DNA of 64,000 nt from a virus. Position 1 is the stretch's first letter. Each line of letters opens with the position of its first letter. The DNA is taken from the IMG/VR virus record IMGVR_UViG_3300040770_000162; one strand, given 5' to 3'. The translations under genes were made by a program, and so were the position numbers. Below the pieces are notes generated by a model. That model was not told where the DNA came from, ran no database searches, and saw only the letters and a program-made list of their open reading frames with translations. Below, in pieces: positions 1 through 10,241 of the stretch.

Positions 1-87
1 ATTGACGGAGCAAGTACATTAGTTGTTAGCGGTCAATACTCAAAAACAACAATAGGATCAAATTTATCACAATATATAATTCTATAA
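1..87 (+). CDS. 3' end of an upstream late/structural gene (partial)
   Basis: Frame-1 ORF is open from the window edge (...SNLSQYIIL). TAA at 85-87 lies 2 nt before the next ATG. Confidence 0.35.
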   Translation: MDGASTLVVSGQYSKTTIGSNLSQYIIL

Positions 88-89
88 TT

Positions 90-626
90 ATGGCACAATC
101 AAGTCCAGACCCACGATTGATAGTAGTTAAGACTACGGCATTAAGCCTTTCAACATCTTGGCAGGAGTTAGTCTATAACGGCACTGAATCAGGTAAAACA
201 ATGAATACCTACGGAAAAGATCCTATAAGCGGTAAGTTTATGTTTAATTACAATTCAACAACAAATTTATTCACTTATAACGATGTTTACCCACATAACT
301 TTAATTTGTTATTTGAGTTCGAAACATTAAGTACAATTATAAGTACTAGGGCAACAATGCAGTTGAGGGTTCAAATACCAAACGGATTGGGTACAGGAGT
401 ACCTTTAAATTTCCCGTTTGAAAATCAAGGCGGTTTTACTGATGTTTACGATGTAACTTTGTTTAATACAAACTTTAAAAACAAACCTTTTACATTGCCT
501 CTTTATATTGGTGACGCATTAAAAGTAAATGGGTTTAAGATATTTGTAAGGTTAAGTAATGCTACATTAGGAGCAACATCAATAGAGTATTCATCATTAA
601 GTATTCAAGGAATAGCACGTAATTAA
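90..626 (+). CDS. hypothetical protein (late block)
   Basis: 178-aa ORF, co-oriented and tightly packed with the lysis and structural genes. No motif recognised. Confidence 0.55.
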   Translation: MAQSSPDPRLIVVKTTALSLSTSWQELVYNGTESGKTMNTYGKDPISGKFMFNYNSTTNLFTYNDVYPHNFNLLFEFETLSTIISTRATMQLRVQIPNGLGTGVPLNFPFENQGGFTDVYDVTLFNTNFKNKPFTLPLYIGDALKVNGFKIFVRLSNATLGATSIEYSSLSIQGIARN

Positions 627-662
627 TTAAATAAATATAAAATATAATAAAATATAACTAAA

Positions 663-1175
663 ATGACAAACATAATGGATTATTTAACACCTCGATCACT
701 TTCAATAATAACAGTTTTACCTGTAATTCCAATTGTAAATGTAGTAGACTTAGTAAAAGTTGTACATATATTAATAGCTTTGTGGATTATAGATTTAGGA
801 ACAGGTTTAATTGCGTCTTATTTTTCATGGTTAAAAAACGCTCCAAAAGGTAAATACTTTTTTAGTGTATCAGGAAGCATATCAGGTGGTTTTTCAAGTG
901 ATAAATTTAAAAAAAGTTTTGTAAAAGGTATTATATATGCCGCTTTCCCATTAATTGTTTTAAAATTTCAACAAACTTTTTTAATTAAAAATATTAGTTT
1001 TAAACAGATTACTGATTCACAAGTTGATATTACAACAATTTGTATCTTAATATTTTGTGCTAATGAAATATTTTCAATATTTTGGGAAAATTTACCTAAA
1101 TGTGGAGTGAACATACCCAAAACAATTAAAAATCTAATATTAGGTGTTAAAGATATATCTAAAGAAAAAGAATAA
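663..1175 (+). CDS. holin-like membrane protein
   Basis: Several hydrophobic helices. Has an IIDLGTGLIASY ... KFKKSFVKG pattern like Phage_holin_4-type holins. Sits immediately upstream of the muramidase. Confidence 0.55.
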   Translation: MTNIMDYLTPRSLSIITVLPVIPIVNVVDLVKVVHILIALWIIDLGTGLIASYFSWLKNAPKGKYFFSVSGSISGGFSSDKFKKSFVKGIIYAAFPLIVLKFQQTFLIKNISFKQITDSQVDITTICILIFCANEIFSIFWENLPKCGVNIPKTIKNLILGVKDISKEKE

Positions 1176-1177
1176 CT

Positions 1178-1714
1178 ATGATAACAGATAAACAATATTT
1201 AAAATTAGCATCTGAGTTTAAAGTAGATATGTCATCTATTAAAGCTATAGACTCTGTAGAAAGTAACGGTGAAGGATTTGATTCTAAAACTGGTAAAATA
1301 AAAATACAGTTTGAACCTCATTATTTTAAAAAACTATCTAAAATAATTACAGGTTTATGGTCTACAAATAAAGTAGACGTACAAAATAAAGAATGGGAAG
1401 CTTTTAACGATGCTTTTAAATTAAACCCTAACAACGCTATGGAATCAGCTTCAATTGGTAGAATGCAAGTAATGGGTGTTCATTGGAAACGATTAGGTTT
1501 TAAATCAGTAGGTGATATGTGGGATTTTGCTAAAAAATCTGAAGCTAATCAACTATGGTTAGGTTTACAATTTATTGCTACAGATAAACGTTTGTATACA
1601 GCTTTATTACAAAAAAATTGGAAAGAAGTTGCAAGGTTATATAATGGACCAAATTACTGGGTTAAAGGTTATGATAAAAAGTTACAGGAAGCTGAAATTA
1701 AATTTAGAAAATAA
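1178..1714 (+). CDS. endolysin, N-acetylmuramidase family
   Basis: GRMQVMGVHW...LGFKS...EANQL...F....LYTALLQKNWKEVARLYNGPNY...YDKKL matches the phage muramidase (former DUF3380) signature. Starts 3 nt after the holin stop. Confidence 0.75.
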   Translation: MITDKQYLKLASEFKVDMSSIKAIDSVESNGEGFDSKTGKIKIQFEPHYFKKLSKIITGLWSTNKVDVQNKEWEAFNDAFKLNPNNAMESASIGRMQVMGVHWKRLGFKSVGDMWDFAKKSEANQLWLGLQFIATDKRLYTALLQKNWKEVARLYNGPNYWVKGYDKKLQEAEIKFRK

Positions 1715-2343
1715 TGACAAATTTTAACAAACACATATCAACTCTATATATCATTATAGGGTTGTTATTGTTTGGTTTATTTATACAAAGTAAACCAAGT
1801 AAAGATAATATAGTTTATAAAACTATAACAGTACCTGCAAAAGATGGTACATTTGTAAAAACTAAACCTGCAGAAATTAAATATGATACAATTATAAGAG
1901 ATACTATTGTTTATAAAGATAAAAAAATAATTATTGATAATACTGATAAAAAAATAGTAAATGATTATTTAGAAGCTAAAGATAGTATTGCAAAGTTAAA
2001 TGTTGTAATTAATTCTTCTAAAATCAGAAGATATAAAGATCGTTTAGAAGATGATAGTATTGTAATAGATATTGAATCTGAAACAACTGGAACATTAAAT
2101 TGGATTAAACCTAGTTACAAAATTAAAGAACAAAAACTATCTATACCAGTAATTACTAAAAATACAGTATTTGCAGTATATGTAGGTGGTGGTATTTCAA
2201 ATAATTTACAATTTAACAATTTTGCTTTAGAAGGTAATTTAGGAATTCAAAATAAAAAAGGTGATATTATATCTGTAGGATATGATACTCAAAAGAATAT
2301 TTCATTAAAATATTCAGTAAGATTAATAAATATTAAAAAATAA
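1714..2343 (+). CDS. N-terminally membrane-anchored protein, possible spanin or lysis accessory
   Basis: N-terminal TM helix (LYIIIGLLLFGLFI). ATG overlaps the endolysin stop (TAATG). The lysis role is inferred from position only. Confidence 0.4.
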   Translation: MTNFNKHISTLYIIIGLLLFGLFIQSKPSKDNIVYKTITVPAKDGTFVKTKPAEIKYDTIIRDTIVYKDKKIIIDNTDKKIVNDYLEAKDSIAKLNVVINSSKIRRYKDRLEDDSIVIDIESETTGTLNWIKPSYKIKEQKLSIPVITKNTVFAVYVGGGISNNLQFNNFALEGNLGIQNKKGDIISVGYDTQKNISLKYSVRLINIKK

Positions 2344-2364
2344 TATAAAATAAAGTTACTTTTA

Positions 2365-2396
2365 TTTGGATTTAACAAATAAATTTATTATCTTTG
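2365..2396 (+). promoter_or_regulatory. Bacteroidota-type promoter (-33 TTTG, -7 TAnnTTTG)
   Basis: TTTG at 2365-2368 and TATCTTTG at 2389-2396, with 20-nt spacing. Lies 24 nt upstream of the ATG at 2420. Confidence 0.5.
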
Positions 2397-2419
2397 TATT
2401 ATTAATCAATATATTATAT

Positions 2420-3358
2420 ATGAAATTATTAGAAATTAAAGAATTTTTACGAAATAAAAAAGGTTATTTAAAATTTGGAAAACACGCATTAGCTAATCAA
2501 TTAAAGATTAAAGACTTTGATTTATGTGAACAAGCTATTCGAGAAGTTAAAGCTGAATTGAGAAGTTATATACCAGGTATTACTACGCAACCTAAACAAA
2601 CTAATTTTAATATGTCAAATCTTAATAGAAATGATGTATTTAAAAATGCATTTTTTGACAATAGTAATTATGAGCAAAAAGCAATTGATGTTTTTAAAAA
2701 AGCTAAAACTGGTAAAAATGTTTTAGTTATTGGTGATTTACATGAACCATTTTGTTTAGACGGTTATTTAGAACATTGTTTAGAAACTTATCATAAATAT
2801 AAATGTAATGAAGCTGTATTTATAGGCGATATAATAGACAACCATGCAAGTTCATATCACGAAACTGACCCTGATGGACATAGTGCAGGACAAGAACTTA
2901 AACTTGCAATACAACGTATTAAACAATGGTATAATGCTTTTCCAAAAGCAACTGTAATTATTGGTAATCACGATAGATTAATAATGCGTAAAGCTTATTC
3001 AAGTGGTTTATCTAAAATGTGGATTAAAGGTTATGCTGAAGTATTAGGTACACCAGGATGGACTTTTACAGAATCAATTGAAATTGATGATGTATTGTAT
3101 ATTCACGGTGAAGGTGGTACAGCAAGAGCTAGAGTTCGTAGAGATTTACAATCTGTAGTTCAAGGACATTTACATAGTCAAGCATATATTGATTGGTGTG
3201 TAGGAGCTAAATTTAAACTATTTGGAATGCAAGTTGGATGTGGAGTTGATAATAAAGCTTATGCTATGGCATATGGTAAAGAAGGTCCTAAACCTGCAAT
3301 AGCATGTGGTGTAGTACTTCAAGGAGAAGTTCCAATAAATATAATGATGAATTTGTAA
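2420..3358 (+). CDS. calcineurin-like metallophosphoesterase
   Basis: All MPP motifs are present: VIGDLHEP, GDIIDNH, GNHD, HGEGG, GHLH. I moved the start from the TTG at 2366 (it overlaps the promoter) to the ATG at 2420 (MKLLEIKEF). Confidence 0.75.
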   Translation: MKLLEIKEFLRNKKGYLKFGKHALANQLKIKDFDLCEQAIREVKAELRSYIPGITTQPKQTNFNMSNLNRNDVFKNAFFDNSNYEQKAIDVFKKAKTGKNVLVIGDLHEPFCLDGYLEHCLETYHKYKCNEAVFIGDIIDNHASSYHETDPDGHSAGQELKLAIQRIKQWYNAFPKATVIIGNHDRLIMRKAYSSGLSKMWIKGYAEVLGTPGWTFTESIEIDDVLYIHGEGGTARARVRRDLQSVVQGHLHSQAYIDWCVGAKFKLFGMQVGCGVDNKAYAMAYGKEGPKPAIACGVVLQGEVPINIMMNL

Positions 3359-3368
3359 TAACAAACAT

Positions 3369-3400
3369 AACCCCAGCCATAATGGTGTGGGGTTTTTTTA
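3369..3400 (+). terminator. rho-independent terminator
   Basis: AACCCCAGCCAT-A-ATGGTGTGGGGTT hairpin followed by TTTTTTT. Confidence 0.75.
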
Positions 3401-3411
3401 TACTAAATAAT

Positions 3412-4092
3412 ATGAAAATCTCAAAAATGATATACGACGTTAGAACAGCTATTCGAGATACTGTTGATGACAGTCGTTTTTCAGATAGATACATAATCTA
3501 TCTTTACAATTTAAAACGTAGTAAATATCTACGTAATGATGCAAATAATTTACAAAGATTAGTTGATACTTCTATCTTACAAAAATTTTGTATGGAAATG
3601 GAAGAAGTATCAGTCGATGAATGTAGTTTAGAGTACGATTGCGGGACAATAATGCGTACAAAAGGTATTATACCCATTCCATTAGAATTACATCTTAAAT
3701 CAGCTATAACAGAGGTTAAACCATCTGTTAAAATTACTAAACCTTTTAACTTTGTAAATAAAGAACGTGCTGTATGGAGTCAGTACTCACCATTTGGTGA
3801 TTCAATATATTCGTTTTTAGATGTAGATAACTACATTTATTTAATTAGTAAATCTGAAACAGTTAAATTAATTGATTGTATTACAGTTACTGGAATATTT
3901 GAAGACCCTTTAGAATTACAAAATTATAAAAATTGTTGTAACTGTAATGATGTAAAACCTTGTTTTGATGAAGATACTACAGAATATCCATTGCAAGCAC
4001 ATCACATTGACAACATACGTAACGAAATTATACAATCTCTTATTGGTTCATTAAATGTGCCAGAAGATAAAATAAATGATAGTAATGATTAA
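3412..4092 (+). CDS. hypothetical structural-module protein
   Basis: The ORF-track start at 3304 would read through the terminator hairpin. The first ATG after it is 3412 (MKISKMIYDV). Confidence 0.6.
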   Translation: MKISKMIYDVRTAIRDTVDDSRFSDRYIIYLYNLKRSKYLRNDANNLQRLVDTSILQKFCMEMEEVSVDECSLEYDCGTIMRTKGIIPIPLELHLKSAITEVKPSVKITKPFNFVNKERAVWSQYSPFGDSIYSFLDVDNYIYLISKSETVKLIDCITVTGIFEDPLELQNYKNCCNCNDVKPCFDEDTTEYPLQAHHIDNIRNEIIQSLIGSLNVPEDKINDSND

Positions 4093-4597
4093 CATTAGAT
4101 CTGAAGGTAAAATAAATAGTCATTTTGGTATTAAAGATTATTATGATTATTATAAATCTAAATCTAGAGAACCTAAATCTAAAACTTCATTTGACAAAGT
4201 AGTTTATGATTTTAACAAAAGAATCGTAGAAAGTATTATTAATGAAGGTTTAGAATTTACACCTGTTAAAGCTAAATTTACTTTTTGTATTCGTAAAAAT
4301 AAACGAGGTATTAAATTAGTAGATAATAAAGTTGTAAATACTCACCCAATTGATTGGAAAACTACTACTCAACTTTGGGAAAGCGATAAAGAAGCTAGAG
4401 ATAAGAAATTAATAATTAGATTTTTAAACAATCATACTTCTAAATATGTATTTAGAATATTAATGTTAAAGGGTAAAGGTGTTTATTTAAATAAAAAGTA
4501 TTTTAGATACAAACCACCAAGATCTTTTCAAAGAGCTTTAGCTAAAAGAATATTAAATCCAGATTTAGAAAATTATGAAGCATATAAACAATATTAA
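4076..4597 (+). CDS. hypothetical basic protein
   Basis: 173-aa Lys/Arg-rich ORF that overlaps the upstream stop. Confidence 0.55.
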   Translation: MIVMINIRSEGKINSHFGIKDYYDYYKSKSREPKSKTSFDKVVYDFNKRIVESIINEGLEFTPVKAKFTFCIRKNKRGIKLVDNKVVNTHPIDWKTTTQLWESDKEARDKKLIIRFLNNHTSKYVFRILMLKGKGVYLNKKYFRYKPPRSFQRALAKRILNPDLENYEAYKQY

Positions 4598-4606
4598 ATA
4601 TAAATA

Positions 4607-5317
4607 ATGATAACAGGAAAAACAGTAAGTGTTGGTAATATTTTATGGAAAGTATTAAAACAACCAATTGTTCAAGATTTAAAATACGAGGATGCTGCAG
4701 AATATGCTATTGAATATTTAAGACTAATTGGTTCAGCTTTATCATCTGAAGATAAAGTTGATAAAGTTCAATTAAATAATTATAAAGCAGTATTACCTGC
4801 AAATTTAATAAGTTTAAAAGGTATTAAATACTCACAAGAAGAATGTTCTAGCGGTATTGCAATGAGATACGCTAGTGATATATATCATACTAATATTGAT
4901 AATGATAACAATTGTGATTTTCAAGAATATACATATATTACTCAAAATAATGTAATAACTTCTTCTATTAAAGATGGTTGGTTAGAAATAGCATATAGTG
5001 GAATTGCGGTAGATGAATTTGGTTATCCATTAATACCTGATAATGAATCATTCAAAGTAGCTTTAGAATACTATATTATTCACAGAACTTTAGAAGGTTT
5101 ATGGTCAATGGGTAAAATTACAGATAAAGTATTTCAATATTATGAACAAAAACGTCATTTTTATTCTGCACAAGCTACAAATTCTATGCAAATTAAAAAT
5201 ATGGATCAAATGGAAACAATGTTTAACGCTATTAACCGTATGATTATAGATGTTAATCCACAACAAACTTTTTACAAAAACTTTGGAAATAAAGAAGTTA
5301 TAACAAGACATAATTAA
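4607..5317 (+). CDS. hypothetical structural-module protein
   Basis: 236-aa ORF in the co-oriented block. No motif recognised. Confidence 0.6.
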   Translation: MITGKTVSVGNILWKVLKQPIVQDLKYEDAAEYAIEYLRLIGSALSSEDKVDKVQLNNYKAVLPANLISLKGIKYSQEECSSGIAMRYASDIYHTNIDNDNNCDFQEYTYITQNNVITSSIKDGWLEIAYSGIAVDEFGYPLIPDNESFKVALEYYIIHRTLEGLWSMGKITDKVFQYYEQKRHFYSAQATNSMQIKNMDQMETMFNAINRMIIDVNPQQTFYKNFGNKEVITRHN

Positions 5318-5322
5318 AATAC

Positions 5323-8300
5323 ATGGAAAACAAAAATGTAAAACATTCTTATAATGGAATGCAACAAGATACTACACAATCTCAATTTCCACAAAACTTT
5401 TATTTTGAAGGTCGCAATATACGTATTAATTCTACAAATTTACAGAGTACTAATTCTGTAACAAATGAAAAGGGTAATAGTTTAATTTTAAAAATACCTA
5501 CACCTGTAATTAACAACGCAAATCCAAATCTAAAAAAGATAGTTTATAATAATAAAGAACTTGTTTATAAAAATATTGAAATAGATGATTTACCTGTAAG
5601 TGGGGAACAAGTGATTATTGGTAATTCTAATAGTAGAGATGCTTTAATTTTATTTACTACCGATAATAGTGGATTTGATTGTATTTGGAAAATGAATTAT
5701 GAAAGTTATGATTTAACTCTATTGTATGTCAGAAACATGCAATTTTCTAAAAATAATCCAATACAAACAATTAATAATTTTGAAAATAAAAATATTGATA
5801 AAGTATATTGGGTTGATTCAAATTCTCAAACAAGGTTTATTAACATAAATCATTCTATTGAAAATAAAGATTTTGAAGAATTAATAGACATTCCAGTAGG
5901 TGTTATAGATATGGTTGGTAAATATGATTTAAGTCAACCTATTATAACAGATATAACATCTGGCGGTAATCATACGTCTGGTATGATACAGTATGCTTAT
6001 AATTTGTATCGTTTAAACTCATTTCAGACAAAAATAAGTCCTTTAAGTAAGTTAGTACCACTGGCTAAAGGATCATCTGGTGGTGGAGCTTTAAATGAGT
6101 CAGTAGGATCATTACCAATTGTAAAAATTAATAATATTGATCCAAAATATACCAATATTAAAGTTTACGCTATAAAGTATACATCTTATAATGAAATACC
6201 GTCTATTGGTTTAATTGAAGATAAAATTATCCCTGATAATAAAAATATAGAAATATTTGATGACGGTTCTGTAATAAGTACTGTTTCATTAGAAGAATTT
6301 TTATTTTTAGGTTCTGATGTTGTGATACCTAGACATATTGAAAGTAAAGATAATAGATTGTTTTTAGCTAATTATAAAGAAATAAATTTTAATATAAATT
6401 TAGACACTAGAGCATATAGTTTTCCTTTATTTTCAAATTCAACACTTATTTATAAAGGTTTGTTTTTAGACGATAACTCACCAAGTGGAACACCTTTTAC
6501 TGTAGTTGGTGATTATAATGTAGAAGAAACTCACGATAGTGTAAATCTAAATTATAACATGAATAGATACCAATACAACAGTTCTGTTATTGGTGGAGAA
6601 GGTAAATATCTAAAATACACTTTACTTCAAAATAATGTATATAATCCAAATAACAAATATTTTAAAGATGATGAAATATATAGATTAGGTGTAGTTTTTT
6701 ACAATAAATATGGTCAAAAGTCGCTACCTAAATGGATTTCTGATTTTAAAAGTAATGCTGGTAATCTAAAAAATAATTATAATACTTTAAAAGTTGAATT
6801 TAAACCTGAATTTTTAGTTTGGTTGAATACAAGTTCTAATTTTGAAACAGAATATGATATACCAGTAGGTTATAAAATTGTAATTGCTGAAAGAACTATT
6901 CGCGATAAAACTATTGTTGCAAATGGTTTCATAACACCAATGATGGTTAATTATAAAACTACAAATCAAAATGCCAATTCAGTATTTGCAGCAGATAAAA
7001 CTATTGCAGATACATTACCTAAACTACCAAATATATTAGCTAGAAATTGTACAACAACTACAAATTTATACGGTAATACTAAACCGTTAAAAAGATGTAA
7101 ACATCTTGAAACTATTCAAGGTAATCCAAGAAACCCAGATTCGGAAATTCAATCAGCTTTTACTTTAGATAAAGATACTTCAGGTAAGTTTTTTCAGTAC
7201 AATTCAATGATGCAAATGTATTCACCAGAAGTTTTATTTGGAGAAAGTGTATCATTAACAGAAGGTTTAATATTTAAAGTAAAAGGTGCTATCACTAATA
7301 CTGATAATAATGCTTGGAGAAAAGTTTTAGATCCTGATGATTTAGGTATTTTTAATGAAGGTAAAGCTAAAGGAGGTTTGTCTTCATATTATTCTACATT
7401 TAAAGAATCTATTGTAAATGACGTAAATCAAGGGTTTGATCACGGATTGTTTGCTCATCCAAGTGGTGGAGATGTTAATAAAACAATGCATACAGTATTT
7501 TATAGAGTTTATTCAAACACTCCAAATAATTTTAGTAATAATAGTTTAATATTTAAAACACCTGTTAATTCTACAATAGATTATGAATTATATGGTAAAC
7601 CTGAATTTACTGAAAAAGGTCAATCATTTACAACTTATAATAATGACCCTAAATATAGATATACAAATTCTTTAGAGAGTTTCTATTCAGATGGGGATTC
7701 GGGTTTTAATGAAGATGGTTTATATGGTAGAAGAATAGTTTCTGTAAACAATTATGGAAATAGATGTTTAACATTTGTTTTGGGTAAAAATCCACAAATT
7801 GCTCATTTTAATAGAGTTAAATTAGAAAATCTTTTAACAAATTCTTCAATAACAGGTGATAATTACGGAATTATTGGCGAGTTTATTAAAACAAATGCTG
7901 AAATATATTTAGGTAACATTTATGGTGGAAATACTTTTGAAGATAAAAAACGAACTAACTATATTGAAATAGGTGATTATATAACTTTTAATACTAATTC
8001 TTTGATTTCAGATTTATCATTAACAATAGATTCTCCTGGAGATACATTTGTTAATAATTTTAAATTTTTAAGAATTACAAACACAGACATTGAAGGTATT
8101 AAACAAGGTGTTATTAAATACCAGGAAATTGTTGAAGTATTGTGTGAGACCACTGTAGATTTGAAAAATAGAAATGACATTAGTCCTAACAATTGGGACT
8201 CTAGGTTTTTATATCAAGATACAGATTATCATAAATATAACAGAGTTTATTCTCAAAACTCTAATTTAGTTAGAGTTAGAGATATTAATTATAATGTTAA

Positions 8301-9366
8301 AAAGTTAAATTTTTTCGATACTAACATTATTTCTAGTAAATTAAAATTACCAGGAGAGTTAATTGATAGTTGGACTGATATTTTACAAAACGAAGTATTA
8401 ACTTTAGATGGTAAATACGGCTCTATAAATAATTTAGTAAATTTTAACGATCAAATCTATGGTATTCAAGATAGAGCGTTCACTTTTATATCTATAAATC
8501 CCAGAATTCAAATACAAGGTGATGATGGTATATCTGTAGAATTAGGTACAGGTTCAGTCTTACAAGAGTATAAATATATAAATACTAAAAGTGGTTCTGT
8601 AAACAAATGGGGTACAGTATCTACATCTAACGGTATTTATTATTATGATTTGTTAAATAAATCTTTAATGGTGTTTAATGGTCAAATAAATAATCTTTCT
8701 AATTCTAAAGGTTTACATTCTTATTTTACTAATAATTCAGTATTACAGGATTTAAAGATAGACAACCCATTAATTAAAAAAGGAGTATCTTGTGGTTATG
8801 ACCAAATTAATAACGATGTGTTTATGACATTCCATCAAAATGCAAAGAATTTTACTATTTCATATAATCAAGATAGAAATCAATTTATATCATTTTATGA
8901 TTATTTACCAAGTATGTATATTAATAATGGTCAATACTTTATTACTACTAATCCAGACATAACTTCTGTATACAGACAGTATGATGGTGATTATAACAAA
9001 TTTTATGGTCAGAATTATCCATCATTAATTACTTTAAATGTTAATCCTGAGGCAAATCTAGATACCGTATTTGACAACATAATGTATAAATCGGAAATTT
9101 ATTTAAATGATATTGACCAGTCTGATAAAACATTAACTAAAGTTAGATTGTATAATGAATATCAAGATTCAGGTATAATACCTTTAGTAGTTGGTAGAAA
9201 TTCAAATCTTAGAAGAAAATTTAGAGATTGGAATGCTATCTTACCACGTAATCAAGGTTCTAGAGAAAGAATTAGAAATCCTTGGGTTAAATTAGTATTA
9301 CAGTTTGATAATACTTCTAATTATAAGTTAATACTTCACGATGTTTATGTAAATTATAGCGTATGA
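5323..9366 (+). CDS. large virion (tail-associated?) structural protein
   Basis: 1347-aa uninterrupted ORF, Asn/Ser/Thr/Gly/Tyr-rich as in beta-rich tail proteins. Function inferred from size and position only. Confidence 0.6.
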   Translation: MENKNVKHSYNGMQQDTTQSQFPQNFYFEGRNIRINSTNLQSTNSVTNEKGNSLILKIPTPVINNANPNLKKIVYNNKELVYKNIEIDDLPVSGEQVIIGNSNSRDALILFTTDNSGFDCIWKMNYESYDLTLLYVRNMQFSKNNPIQTINNFENKNIDKVYWVDSNSQTRFININHSIENKDFEELIDIPVGVIDMVGKYDLSQPIITDITSGGNHTSGMIQYAYNLYRLNSFQTKISPLSKLVPLAKGSSGGGALNESVGSLPIVKINNIDPKYTNIKVYAIKYTSYNEIPSIGLIEDKIIPDNKNIEIFDDGSVISTVSLEEFLFLGSDVVIPRHIESKDNRLFLANYKEINFNINLDTRAYSFPLFSNSTLIYKGLFLDDNSPSGTPFTVVGDYNVEETHDSVNLNYNMNRYQYNSSVIGGEGKYLKYTLLQNNVYNPNNKYFKDDEIYRLGVVFYNKYGQKSLPKWISDFKSNAGNLKNNYNTLKVEFKPEFLVWLNTSSNFETEYDIPVGYKIVIAERTIRDKTIVANGFITPMMVNYKTTNQNANSVFAADKTIADTLPKLPNILARNCTTTTNLYGNTKPLKRCKHLETIQGNPRNPDSEIQSAFTLDKDTSGKFFQYNSMMQMYSPEVLFGESVSLTEGLIFKVKGAITNTDNNAWRKVLDPDDLGIFNEGKAKGGLSSYYSTFKESIVNDVNQGFDHGLFAHPSGGDVNKTMHTVFYRVYSNTPNNFSNNSLIFKTPVNSTIDYELYGKPEFTEKGQSFTTYNNDPKYRYTNSLESFYSDGDSGFNEDGLYGRRIVSVNNYGNRCLTFVLGKNPQIAHFNRVKLENLLTNSSITGDNYGIIGEFIKTNAEIYLGNIYGGNTFEDKKRTNYIEIGDYITFNTNSLISDLSLTIDSPGDTFVNNFKFLRITNTDIEGIKQGVIKYQEIVEVLCETTVDLKNRNDISPNNWDSRFLYQDTDYHKYNRVYSQNSNLVRVRDINYNVKKLNFFDTNIISSKLKLPGELIDSWTDILQNEVLTLDGKYGSINNLVNFNDQIYGIQDRAFTFISINPRIQIQGDDGISVELGTGSVLQEYKYINTKSGSVNKWGTVSTSNGIYYYDLLNKSLMVFNGQINNLSNSKGLHSYFTNNSVLQDLKIDNPLIKKGVSCGYDQINNDVFMTFHQNAKNFTISYNQDRNQFISFYDYLPSMYINNGQYFITTNPDITSVYRQYDGDYNKFYGQNYPSLITLNVNPEANLDTVFDNIMYKSEIYLNDIDQSDKTLTKVRLYNEYQDSGIIPLVVGRNSNLRRKFRDWNAILPRNQGSRERIRNPWVKLVLQFDNTSNYKLILHDVYVNYSV

Positions 9367-10121
9367 AAAATAATATTTTAATTTATAGACATGTAAGACT
9401 TGACACAAGTCAAGTATTCTATATCGGAATAGGTAACGAAAAAAGACCTTATTCTAAACACAGAAGAAATAGATTTTGGAAAAATATTGTAAACAAAACA
9501 AAATACGAAATTCAAGTACTAAAATTTAATTTAACTTGGGAAGAAGCTGTTGAATTAGAAATAATATTAATTTCTTACTATGGTAGAAAAGACATTAAAA
9601 CTGGTATTTTATGTAATATGACTGGCGGTGGCGAAGGTTCTTATGGTCGAAAACAAACTCAAAATTGTAAAGATAAAATTTCTAAAGCAAATAAAGGGAA
9701 AATAGGATTTAATAAAGGTAAAACTTTTACAAAAGAACATTGTGAAAAAATTAGTAATTCTAAAAAAGGTAAGAGAATCTTAGGTAATAGTAAAAAAGTA
9801 ATTGATAAAAATACAGGTTTAATTTATGAATCTTTAATTGATGTTTCTAATATATTTAATATTAAATATTCAACACTTGCAGGATATTTAAATAAAAATA
9901 TTAAGACAAATATTACTAGTTTTGAATATATTGAAAATTATACAGTAGGTTTTGATAAAATTACAAACAACATTAAAATTACAGATCATTATAATTATTG
10001 TAATTTGTTAAAGAAATGGATTGTTACATATAATTCCGAAATTATTGCAAAATTCAAAACTGAAAAAGAAGCTGTAAGAATAGCTAAACACGTACAAGAT
10101 GAAATTTTAAATCAAAAATAA
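9363..10121 (+). CDS. freestanding GIY-YIG homing endonuclease
   Basis: LIYRH...VFYIGIG...R...E core, repeated NUMOD3-like K-x-S-x-x-x-KGK segments, and a C-terminal HTH-like IYESLIDVSNIFNIKYSTLAGYL. ATG overlaps the upstream stop (ATGA). Confidence 0.7.
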   Translation: MKNNILIYRHVRLDTSQVFYIGIGNEKRPYSKHRRNRFWKNIVNKTKYEIQVLKFNLTWEEAVELEIILISYYGRKDIKTGILCNMTGGGEGSYGRKQTQNCKDKISKANKGKIGFNKGKTFTKEHCEKISNSKKGKRILGNSKKVIDKNTGLIYESLIDVSNIFNIKYSTLAGYLNKNIKTNITSFEYIENYTVGFDKITNNIKITDHYNYCNLLKKWIVTYNSEIIAKFKTEKEAVRIAKHVQDEILNQK

Positions 10122-10147
10122 TCGTATTTTATAGCGTGTAAAAATAT

Positions 10148-10193
10148 AAAGGTATAGGTAATATTTTAATTAATATAATCTATACCTTTTTTT
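10148..10193 (+). terminator. rho-independent terminator
   Basis: AAAGGTATAG ... CTATACCTTT hairpin followed by a T-run. Confidence 0.7.
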
Positions 10194-10241
10194 AGTTATA
10201 AAATATACAATAAATTACTAGGAATAAAACAAAAAATTTAT

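Noticed and set aside
2366-2419. TTG start at 2366 for the phosphoesterase
   Set aside because: It coincides with the -33 TTTG of the predicted promoter and would place the promoter inside the gene. The encoded 18 residues are hydrophobic filler ahead of a good ATG.
3304-3411. Upstream extension of ORF 3304-4092, and the antisense ORF 3288-3494
   Set aside because: The extension overlaps the 3' end of the phosphoesterase gene and reads through a strong terminator hairpin. The ATG at 3412 follows the terminator.
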